Assembly: GCA_033764315.1 (NCBI GenBank)
Contig: JANRJA010000116.1
Span: 1 to 13,969, forward strand
Direction: 5' to 3'
DNA: 13,969 nucleotides
Source of the DNA: Oculatellaceae cyanobacterium bins.114
GTDB lineage: Bacteria; Cyanobacteriota; Cyanobacteriia; Elainellales; Elainellaceae
Shown here in pieces: positions 1 to 7,744 of the stretch (position 1 is the first letter of the stretch; each line of letters begins with the position of its first letter). Made by a program: the position numbers and the translations under genes. The notes under the pieces were generated by a model, which was not told the DNA's origin, made no database searches, and saw only the letters and a program-made list of their open reading frames with translations.

Positions 1-167
1 TAACGTCAGTTCGGTTTAAGAGCCTAGCGAATAAATTCGCAGCTATCAGAGCGAAGTTCGCCTTCGCGAACTACGGAGAATCAAGAGTTGAGTGAACCGA
101 CGCAGGTCGGTTTTGCTCGTGTAGTTGCGGTTTCAACCGCCCAAATCCTTATCCCGAATTCACGTTA
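1..167. mobile_element. Small non-autonomous TIR-bounded element (MITE/REPIN-like) with four internal hairpins
   Basis: Left end TAACGTCAGTTCGGTTTAAG (1-20) matches the reverse complement of 148-167 (TAACGTGAATTCGGGATAAG) at 16/20. Perfect internal stems at 27-40, 55-72, 95-112 and 127-140. No ORF. Confidence 0.7.
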
Positions 168-347
168 ACTATCAATGGTTAAGCTGGTTAAGCGAACGAT
201 TAAGCAGTGATTGGATGATCGATCCCTGTGCTGTTTGACCATTGACGATTAATTGGAAAGCTGGACTAGCCATATCTGGGGTTCGTTAGTCTATAAGCCT
301 CGTTAACCCATAAGATTCGTTGGCTGACGATCAACCTTTACCCCCTT

Positions 348-1052
348 CTAGACATATCCTTTTTGTCGTTGTTCTAAGACGGCACTGTTGCGATTGAGAT
401 TGTCTCGCATTGCCTCTAACTCACTCAATTGCGCCTTCAATTCTTCGGCTTTGCGTTTGAACTTAACTTTATTAGTCAATGCCGATCGCGCCAGATGCTC
501 TTCGCGACGTTTCATGGCCGCTAGAGCGACCCGATGCCAGTTGTTGACCTCTGTTTGTGCTCGTTCATATTGCATTTGCAGTTGAGTCTGAGCAAAGGCA
601 ATATTTTGGTGAGCCTGTTGAAATAGAGCTGTCGCTTGCTCAACACTGCCTGTGCGAGCGGCTTCTTCAACTAATTGGTTTGATTCAAACGCACTGATGC
701 CGATGCTGCTTAAACCGTAGGTCTCCACCTGCTCGCTCCTGTTGATGCCTGTTTTGCACCACGTCGCAAAATGTTCACAATTATTTGAAATCAGATCGTA
801 TCGCTGTTCTCCGATCCGACTTTCGGCACGCTGAATCACAACCTCTGCAATGGAATGGGTGGCATATCGCTTTACATAAACAGGATTGCCCATTGAAAAG
901 GCTGCAAAAGACGTCCGGCGGACAGTGGCAGGTGCCTCTGCTTTGCTGTAATGAATGACAGTACCATCTCCACAGTCAATGCCGTGGTGTTCGTAAACAC
1001 CATTTAGTCCGAGAAAAGGGCGCATGACATAGATTTGGTCGCCGCGTGCCAT
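348..1052 (-). CDS. LRAT/NC-domain (permuted NlpC/P60) acyltransferase/phospholipase-like protein with C-terminal PspA/Vipp1-like coiled coil
   Basis: H-box YEHHGIDCGDGTVIHY and NC-box YDLISNNCEHFATWC. The C-terminal QYERAQTEVNNWHRVALAAMKRREEHLARSAL..K resembles the PspA/IM30 helical hairpin motif W..RA..AL....E.LAR.AL..K. Confidence 0.85.
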   Translation of the reverse strand: MARGDQIYVMRPFLGLNGVYEHHGIDCGDGTVIHYSKAEAPATVRRTSFAAFSMGNPVYVKRYATHSIAEVVIQRAESRIGEQRYDLISNNCEHFATWCKTGINRSEQVETYGLSSIGISAFESNQLVEEAARTGSVEQATALFQQAHQNIAFAQTQLQMQYERAQTEVNNWHRVALAAMKRREEHLARSALTNKVKFKRKAEELKAQLSELEAMRDNLNRNSAVLEQRQKGYV

Positions 1053-1059
1053 GAGTGGA

Positions 1060-1169
1060 AAGGATGAAGGCTAAAGGATCAATCAGAATGAAGGCAAAGG
1101 ACACAGAACCGTAGGTATTGAGATAGAGGTTGAAGCATGAAGATAGGAGAACAGCCTCATCCTTCATCG
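1060..1169. repeat. Degenerate heptamer short tandem repeats (STRR-like) with inverted copies
   Basis: AAGGATG-AAGGCTA-AAGGATC at 1060-1080, further partial units to about 1103, and complementary CTCATCC-TTCATCG at 1156-1169. Confidence 0.5.
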
Positions 1170-1183
1170 TTTAGTCTTTTTTA

Positions 1184-2659
1184 TCACTCAGCACTATTAA
1201 CGATTTTATGGAGGGCTTCGGCTAGAGCTTTGGCTGAAGGGTAGCGTTGCTCGGGTTGAGGATGGGTTAGGGTTTGAATAACATCAGCCAGTTGTGGCGA
1301 GATATTGGGGATAGTGTCAGCGTAGAGGCGATATCCCTGATCGCGATCGCCATAAAACGTAATGGGGTTTTGTGTCGTCAAGAGATATGCCAGCAACGGG
1401 CCTAGTGCATAGAGGTCGGTGGCGGGAGTCGCATCCATAGCAAGCTGTTCAGGCGCGGTATACCCCGTGAAACCGATCTGAGCCTCCTGTCCTAAAACGA
1501 GGGTTTTAATCGCTCCAAAATCAACTAGGGCGATCGCATCAGGAGCATGAGGCAAGCTTTGACGAATCAAGGTGTTAGGTTTAATCCCCCGATGCAAGAT
1601 AGGTGGGGTAAAACTGTGCAAATAGTCTAATATCTTACACAACTCCAATACCCAGGCGATCGCCTGCTCTGGAGTCACCGCCCCCTGCACTGTCACTGTT
1701 TGAGCCAAATTTCGCCCCGGCATCAACTCCATCACACAGTAAGGCTGATCAGCCGCTACAAAAAAATCAACCACATGGGGAATTTTGGGATGGTTTAAGC
1801 CCCGCAGCATATCTGCCTCACATTCAAGGGCTTCTCGTGCTTTGGCGTTGTTAACCCAATCAGCATTTAATGTTTTTAACGCCAAGGTTTGCCCACCCCG
1901 CCAAGCCTGGTAGGTAATGCCAATATCTCCCTGCCCCAAAACTTGCAAAATCTGGTAGTTTTCAACCACTTGCAACACCTGAAGCGGTTGCCCACAATCG
2001 ACACAAAATAAATAGCCACCACGAGGATGGCTACAGGCTGTCGCGACCGATAGAGGAGCCGTGCTGTGAGAAGGCGAGGGCTTTATAGCAAGGGCGATCG
2101 GGGTGTCGTCTAAAGTGGGAGAAGAGTCCGGAATGCCAGTCACAGCATCGACGGGTAATTGCAGATGGGGTGGGACTGGAATAGTACCTGTGGGGATGCC
2201 CGTCGGAATTGAGGTGTCTCCCTCGCTATCAGAATCAGACTCAACACTACCGTCATCAAAATTACGCTCCATAACCTCAGTTGAGGTAATGGGATAATTT
2301 GGACCTTGACTTAAAGTGCGTTCACTTTCTGAGTTTTTAGGAGAGGCTTTGAGTGCCTCCTCACCAATCCGAATTTGAATATTTGGACCCGATCGCGCCA
2401 AGCGAATAATAGCCCCGTCTTTCACAGGCACTTGGGTAATTCGCTTGCCATCTAAGTAGGTGCCATTTGTCCCTAAATTGACGATTTCCCAGTTTGCTCC
2501 AACCCGTCGCAGCTCAACATGATGTCGAGACACCACTGCACTGTAGAGAATAACTTGGTTATCGGTTGAACGACCAATGCGAATGGTTGTCTCGCTTGGA
2601 AACGTCCAAACTTGAACTGGGATCTGTTTAATTGGATGCAGAAGTGACAGAGTAATCAC
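1184..2659 (-). CDS. FHA domain + Ser/Thr protein kinase-fold protein (probable pseudokinase)
   Basis: N-terminal FHA (IGRSTDN, VSRHH, GTNGT), acidic/Pro-rich linker, Cys motif CSH..FCVDCG. Kinase motifs GQGDIG, LALK, DFG, GYTAPEQ and TDLYALG are present, but the catalytic loop reads HRGIKPNT. GTG start. Confidence 0.9.
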   Translation of the reverse strand: MITLSLLHPIKQIPVQVWTFPSETTIRIGRSTDNQVILYSAVVSRHHVELRRVGANWEIVNLGTNGTYLDGKRITQVPVKDGAIIRLARSGPNIQIRIGEEALKASPKNSESERTLSQGPNYPITSTEVMERNFDDGSVESDSDSEGDTSIPTGIPTGTIPVPPHLQLPVDAVTGIPDSSPTLDDTPIALAIKPSPSHSTAPLSVATACSHPRGGYLFCVDCGQPLQVLQVVENYQILQVLGQGDIGITYQAWRGGQTLALKTLNADWVNNAKAREALECEADMLRGLNHPKIPHVVDFFVAADQPYCVMELMPGRNLAQTVTVQGAVTPEQAIAWVLELCKILDYLHSFTPPILHRGIKPNTLIRQSLPHAPDAIALVDFGAIKTLVLGQEAQIGFTGYTAPEQLAMDATPATDLYALGPLLAYLLTTQNPITFYGDRDQGYRLYADTIPNISPQLADVIQTLTHPQPEQRYPSAKALAEALHKIVNSAE

Positions 2660-2837
2660 ACTGAAGCTGTAGGAAATGGAATCCAGAAGGAATTGAGCAA
2701 GGTTCTAGGTGTATCAAGCTCTTATATATCCTATGCTGCTTTTCTCAAAAGCGAATTGAAAACTTTATTCATCAACTCAATTAAGCCAGCACTCTATCTA
2801 TTTCGCCGATATTCTAACCATGTCAATTTAAGACAAT

Positions 2838-3638
2838 TTAAGACAATTGAAACAGAAACGTCACTTTATCCCCTTTGCCCAGAGCAATGCGATCGCCCGG
2901 ACGCAATCGATGACGGTTGCCCATTGGCAAAGGAATGTTGTTGATGTAAGTACCATTTGAGCTACCTACATCCTCAACATAAAAGGCATCAGCATCAGAT
3001 CGAATATCAGCATGAATCCGAGAGACAATTTCAGAATTTGGAAATCCAGATACATCAATGTCAGGAGGAATGCGATCGTTGGGCTTGCCGATGTGGATGA
3101 CGGGCAAATTGGGGGGCAACTCGATCATCGTATTGGTTTGAACATGCAATAACCGAGCCGTCTGAATTTGAATCTGAGTCGCACCAAATTTAGGAGCCAC
3201 CTCCGGAGGTAGATCTGGTGTTGGAGTGGGTTGGGCGATCGTGGGGGGCACTGGAGGAGGCATGGCTGGAATCGGAGCAGGAGGTGGAGCCTCAGGTTCA
3301 GGGGGAATCCCTGCCTCAGCCAATGGTTTTGTAGGGTTAACCTCAGAGCCAACTTCAGCCACAAGCGGCTCAGGAGAAATCAAAGGCTCAGGGGGCAACA
3401 AGTCAGGAATATCAAAATCAGGGGCGATCGTGGCGGCGGGAGCCGATGCCTCTTCATAGGTCGCTTTGCTATTTCCTGCCTGCAAATTAAAGCCGCATTG
3501 ACCACAAAAACTAGCATCTGCTTGCACAGCAGCATTGCAATTAGGACAGTGGATCATTGCAGGCAGGGGGGTGTAACACGCTTCACACTGAACTGCCCCA
3601 TCGGGGTTTTGGTGGGTGCAATTAGGACAGACGATCAT
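2838..3638 (-). CDS. fraH: FraH-like protein: double zinc ribbon, Pro-rich linker, C-terminal FHA domain
   Basis: N-terminus MIVCPNCTHQNPDGAVQCEACYTPLP...CPNC...FCGQCG (four CxxC), Pro-rich middle, FHA motifs IGKP, VSRIHA, SSNGTYIN. Lies directly downstream of pgl, as recalled for Anabaena fraH. Confidence 0.85.
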   Translation of the reverse strand: MIVCPNCTHQNPDGAVQCEACYTPLPAMIHCPNCNAAVQADASFCGQCGFNLQAGNSKATYEEASAPAATIAPDFDIPDLLPPEPLISPEPLVAEVGSEVNPTKPLAEAGIPPEPEAPPPAPIPAMPPPVPPTIAQPTPTPDLPPEVAPKFGATQIQIQTARLLHVQTNTMIELPPNLPVIHIGKPNDRIPPDIDVSGFPNSEIVSRIHADIRSDADAFYVEDVGSSNGTYINNIPLPMGNRHRLRPGDRIALGKGDKVTFLFQLS

Positions 3639-3690
3639 GCCTTTCTCTCTTGTAACGCCGTAATCCCTTCTATCGCTTAATCATAGCCAA

Positions 3691-4422
3691 TTAAGGGGTC
3701 AAATCGGTGAATTGTTCACCAGCAGCCTGGTCTAACAACCACCACAGATGACCTTGAGGCTGAATCAACCGGGCTGGATAGGTCAAATCGTCTCCGGTAG
3801 GAGCCAGAATTTGACTTAGAGCCGTTTGCTTATTAGCACCTGTGACCATAAAGATGACACAACGGGCGTGATTAATAAAAGGGGCTGTAAAAGTAATGCG
3901 TGGGTCGCCTGATTTATTGCCCACGGTCACGAGGCGATCGCCCACTTGCAGTGCTTCAGTATGCGGAAACAAAGAGGCGGTGTGTCCGTCATCGCCGATC
4001 CCCAGCAACACCACATCTAGAGAGGGAAACTCACCCACCTGACTAGGGAAAAAATCTTGCAAGAGTTGTTCGTGCTTTTGAGCTGCGATCCCCGGGTCGG
4101 CTTCATCAGTGGCAATGGGATGAATGTTGTTGACCGGAATGGGCACTTGATCTAACCAGGCTCGCCGTGCCATACCTTGATTGCTGTCAGGATGGTCAGG
4201 TGGCACATAACGCTCATCTCCCCAAAACACGTGAATTTTGTCCCACGGCAAATCTTGGGTGGCGATCGCCTCATATATGGGTTTAGGGGTGTTGCCACCG
4301 GCCAGGGCAATGGTGAACACTCCACGTTCGGCGATCGCCTGTTGGACTTGAGCTAACACGATCGAGAGCGATCGCTGTACAAGTGCTCCTAGATTTGGCA
4401 AGACCTCAACCGTTCTGCTCAT
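3691..4422 (-). CDS. pgl: 6-phosphogluconolactonase
   Basis: Motifs IALAGGNTP, FWGDERYVPPDHPDSN, LLGIGDDGHTASLFP and RITFT. ATG at 4422 (MSRTVEV) preferred over the upstream GTG at 4443. Confidence 0.95.
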   Translation of the reverse strand: MSRTVEVLPNLGALVQRSLSIVLAQVQQAIAERGVFTIALAGGNTPKPIYEAIATQDLPWDKIHVFWGDERYVPPDHPDSNQGMARRAWLDQVPIPVNNIHPIATDEADPGIAAQKHEQLLQDFFPSQVGEFPSLDVVLLGIGDDGHTASLFPHTEALQVGDRLVTVGNKSGDPRITFTAPFINHARCVIFMVTGANKQTALSQILAPTGDDLTYPARLIQPQGHLWWLLDQAAGEQFTDLTP

Positions 4423-4916
4423 TGCTGTTCTACTCAACTTCACCAGGCTCTACTGAAATCGCTGACACTCATCAACCCAGAAGCTAACATCAAAGCGAAA
4501 AAATCGGAGAATCAATTTTTGTCCCCATCCTTTGCCCCCCTATGCTTGATGTCTGCATCAGGTTCACTGTTTGAAGTGTATCCGTTGATGGATCAGAGAA
4601 CACCTACCGAATCCCTAAATAAATCATGATCTTTTGTCGCAGTCGCTGAGACCCAACCCAAAGTCATACCTTATAAGGCCACTATTGCCTCAAGATGAGT
4701 GAGAATTGCGATCAATCAGATTGCCATGTAGACTTAGGTCTTTATTCAGCCATAACGGTTGCTATAAAATGTCAGTAAGATTGCTTGGAGTGAGAACCAC
4801 TCATCCTTAGCAATTTTTAGAGAGGTTTAGCCGTGCTAACCCCATGTCAAGCGATCGCCTTCAGGGTTAAATAATTAAATTTTGTGTAAGTTACGCTGCA
4901 TTCAAGAGTTGACCGC

Positions 4917-6071
4917 GTGAATCAAGGTGCACTACCAGAGTCAATTCACATGGGAGAGCAACAGGCAGTGCTAAAGCTGTATAAACAACGCCGACAGATC
5001 ATTGCTGAAGCTTTAACAGCATTAGCAACATATGGCGTGAGTTCAGTGATCCAAGGCAAGATGGTCACGATCTTAGACGAGCATGACGCGCGTGAACTCT
5101 ATCGGTTTAATCCGCGACTCATGGCAACTCACCTACAAATCCCTGAGCGGGAGATGCTGGGGATTTTAGTCATGGGTTTAAAGGAGGGAATCTTTACCCT
5201 GAATTGGGAGATTGAGTGCCCTGTTTGTCACTCGATCGACTTTCGTCCTAAACATTTGCACGATTTGCGAACCTTGCACACCTGCCCCATCTGCCACAGC
5301 ATTCATAACACAGATGCCGATGAGCAAGTGCGCGTCACCTTCAGCGTAGATGAACGGTTGCGAAAACTAGACCCCGAAGCGGATGATTTGCAATTTCGGG
5401 CGCGAATGGATCGACGCTATGGCATTGTATCAGGGCATCGGATGTTGACTCTGCAAACCTTTCGAGACTTGTTTCCGCGAGAGACACTGCCTCCCAGTGA
5501 AAGTTTACAAATTCGCCGAGTCGCCATTCTGTTTACCGATTTGGCGGGTTCTACAGCACTTTATACGCGTCGGGGCGATGCCCGTGCCTTTGATCTAGTC
5601 CGGCAACACTTTAATTTGTTGTTTCAGTTGGTTAATGAAAACAATGGGGTTGTGGTCAAAACTATTGGAGATGCCATCATGGGAGCTTTCACCAGTCCTT
5701 ATGATGCGATGCAAGCCGCGATCGCTATGCATCGACAACTGGCGAGTCTCAATCAAGAGTTGGCGTTGCCCCCTGAAGATCATCTGATTTTGAAAGTAGG
5801 AATTGACGTCGGCCCCTGCATTTGTGTCACATTAAACGATCGCCCCGATTATTTTGGGACGACGGTCAACACTGCTGCGCGGGTACAGGCAACGAGTACA
5901 GGAAATGCGATCGCGATTACCGATACACTGGCAAACGACAGTTCAGTCGCTGGTATCCTGCAACAGTGCACCTGGCAACGGCGCGATCTGTTACTCAAAG
6001 GTTTAGATGCCTCTGTGATGGTTCACTACATCTTTCCCAATGCAACCTCTGAACGAGTAGAGCAGACCTGA
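4917..6071 (+). CDS. Class III adenylate/guanylate cyclase with N-terminal Cys-rich (DUF5939-like) domain
   Basis: ILFTDLAGST (metal Asp), VKTIGDAIM (Lys + metal Asp), DYFGTTVNTAARVQ (Asp, Asn, Arg). N-terminal W.IECPVC...CPIC. The start could be GTG 4917 or ATG 4950. Confidence 0.88.
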   Translation: MNQGALPESIHMGEQQAVLKLYKQRRQIIAEALTALATYGVSSVIQGKMVTILDEHDARELYRFNPRLMATHLQIPEREMLGILVMGLKEGIFTLNWEIECPVCHSIDFRPKHLHDLRTLHTCPICHSIHNTDADEQVRVTFSVDERLRKLDPEADDLQFRARMDRRYGIVSGHRMLTLQTFRDLFPRETLPPSESLQIRRVAILFTDLAGSTALYTRRGDARAFDLVRQHFNLLFQLVNENNGVVVKTIGDAIMGAFTSPYDAMQAAIAMHRQLASLNQELALPPEDHLILKVGIDVGPCICVTLNDRPDYFGTTVNTAARVQATSTGNAIAITDTLANDSSVAGILQQCTWQRRDLLLKGLDASVMVHYIFPNATSERVEQT

Positions 6072-6113
6072 TTTAGATGATGATTAAAAAACTACGATAG
6101 ATAGCATTGTTGA

Positions 6114-7127
6114 ATGATGGGAGTAATGGGCATGGGTGCACCAGTAGCAACAGAGATAAATGACACAGCCGCACGAGCAGCGGTGCACTCAGGGGTGGCC
6201 GTGTGCGATCGCTCTCATTGGGGGTGTTTGCGCGTCTCCGATGCCGATCGATTGCGTTATCTACACAATCAAACCACCAATAACTTCAATACATTACAAC
6301 CAGGACAGGGGTGTGACACCGTTTTTGTCACCTCTACAGGGCGCACCATTGATCTCGTCACGGCCTACGTCACCCCAGAAGCAGTCTTACTGTTAGTCTC
6401 CCCCAACCGTCGCACCTACTTAATGGAGTGGATGGATCGGTTTATTTTCTTTGCAGACAAAGTCGCGATCAAAGACATCACTGACAGCACAGCGATTTTT
6501 AGTCTTTTGGGGCCTGCAAGTGATGCCTTATTAGAGCAATTGGGTGCAGGAGATAGGATTGGCAAACCCTACGCCAGTCACCAAGTCTATTCTTTAAATG
6601 AGATTGAGATTCGGGTTGCAGTAGGCAGTGGATTAACCACACCGGGTTACACCTTAATCACATCAAGGGCAGATGCCCCGGCATTGTGGCAAAAGCTCAC
6701 AGAAATTGGAGCGGTGCCGATGAGTGACACCGTTTGGGAGCAATTGCGGATCGAACAGGGTCGCCCTATGCCCGATCGCGAATTAACCGAAGACTTTAAC
6801 CCCCTAGAAGCGGGGCTATGGCATACCATTTCATTGAGTAAGGGCTGTTATATCGGTCAAGAAACGATCGCTCGTCTGCACACCTACAAGGGAGTCAAAC
6901 AACAACTGTGGGGAGTTCGTCTCAACGCCCCAGTTGAGATCGGCAGTGTGGTCATAGCAGGGGATGAAAAGGTGGGGGTTTTGACGAGTGGCACCCAAAC
7001 TGAGCAGGGGTTTATCGGGTTAGCCTACATCCGCACAAAAGCGATCGCCCCAGATCTTCAGGTACAAATTGGAGCTAGCCAAGGCGAGTTAGTCGCCATT
7101 CCATTTGTAAGCCACGACTACCCTTAA
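6114..7127 (+). CDS. ygfZ: Folate-binding YgfZ/GcvT-family protein (Fe-S cluster maintenance)
   Basis: Signature SKGCYIGQE, plus DRSHWG, YLHNQTTN and LRIEQGRP. Several Met codons at the start, so the exact start is uncertain. Confidence 0.9.
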   Translation: MMGVMGMGAPVATEINDTAARAAVHSGVAVCDRSHWGCLRVSDADRLRYLHNQTTNNFNTLQPGQGCDTVFVTSTGRTIDLVTAYVTPEAVLLLVSPNRRTYLMEWMDRFIFFADKVAIKDITDSTAIFSLLGPASDALLEQLGAGDRIGKPYASHQVYSLNEIEIRVAVGSGLTTPGYTLITSRADAPALWQKLTEIGAVPMSDTVWEQLRIEQGRPMPDRELTEDFNPLEAGLWHTISLSKGCYIGQETIARLHTYKGVKQQLWGVRLNAPVEIGSVVIAGDEKVGVLTSGTQTEQGFIGLAYIRTKAIAPDLQVQIGASQGELVAIPFVSHDYP

Positions 7128-7136
7128 GCGACCTAT

Positions 7137-7236
7137 TGGGCATACACAAGTCGATGCTGACTTCGTTTGAGTCCAAACCTCCTAAAGTTTCCAAGGTTGG
7201 GAGACTTTGAGGGCTTACCCAAAGATGGGTATACAC
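7137..7236. repeat. Hairpin-rich intergenic segment between convergent genes (possible terminator or degenerate repeat element)
   Basis: TGGGCATACAC (7137-7147) and TGGGTATACAC (7226-7236) form a 10/11 direct repeat. They enclose an imperfect stem at about 7175-7216 and overlap TACCCA-aaga-TGGGTA (7216-7231). Confidence 0.35.
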
Positions 7237-7325
7237 CCCACCTTGACCAACAGAGCGGTCAGGACGTCACCTATTGTGCCCCTGTTAACAGACTTGACCT
7301 GAAGCGATCGCCCCATCACAAAATC

Positions 7326-7709
7326 TTATTGACGATTTAAAAGGCATCTGACTTGCTGAAGCATTGCCTCCAACCCGGCATCTTTGGCTAAAAAGGCATC
7401 TGCAGTCGGGCACAACTGCATCCCTTCCCCTAGATCTCGCTGACTAATAAACCCTGATACCAAAATCGCCTGTGGTGGAGGGTGCATAGTGGACTTGAGA
7501 TAATCAATTAACTCACAGCCATTCATGACAGTTTCATGTTCACTAGCAGGCAAAATCGTAAAGTCTACAATCACCACGTCGTAGATCTGTTGACTGTACA
7601 ACAATTCAGAAATTGCAGTAAAAACAGTGACTTCAAACTCTTGTTGCAGAAATCGTTGGATTGACAAGCACCAATTTTCGTCATCATCTATGACGGCAAC
7701 GTTTGACAC
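7326..7709 (-). CDS. Single-domain response regulator receiver
   Basis: VAVIDDDE acidic pocket, DVVIVDF phosphoacceptor Asp, VSG, FLAKD. GTG start. Confidence 0.85.
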   Translation of the reverse strand: MSNVAVIDDDENWCLSIQRFLQQEFEVTVFTAISELLYSQQIYDVVIVDFTILPASEHETVMNGCELIDYLKSTMHPPPQAILVSGFISQRDLGEGMQLCPTADAFLAKDAGLEAMLQQVRCLLNRQ

Positions 7710-7744
7710 GAGGTTCTTTACCTTTTTCCTTAGCAGTAAAAAAA

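Noticed and set aside
1-340. Possible CRISPR array
   Set aside because: No identical repeats separated by regular unique spacers, and no cas genes.
976-1167. 63-aa ORF
   Set aside because: Made of heptamer repeats and overlaps the LRAT gene start out of frame.
2693-2944. 83-aa plus-strand ORF
   Set aside because: Antisense to the fraH 3' end, TTG start, no motif.
3125-3680. Overlapping ORFs 3125-3364, 3226-3459 and 3231-3680
   Set aside because: Shadow frames of the Pro-rich fraH coding region.
4444-4916. Divergent pgl/cyclase promoter region examined for NtcA or CRP boxes and sRNAs
   Set aside because: No convincing GTA-N8-TAC or TGTGA-N6-TCACA match or structured RNA seen by eye.
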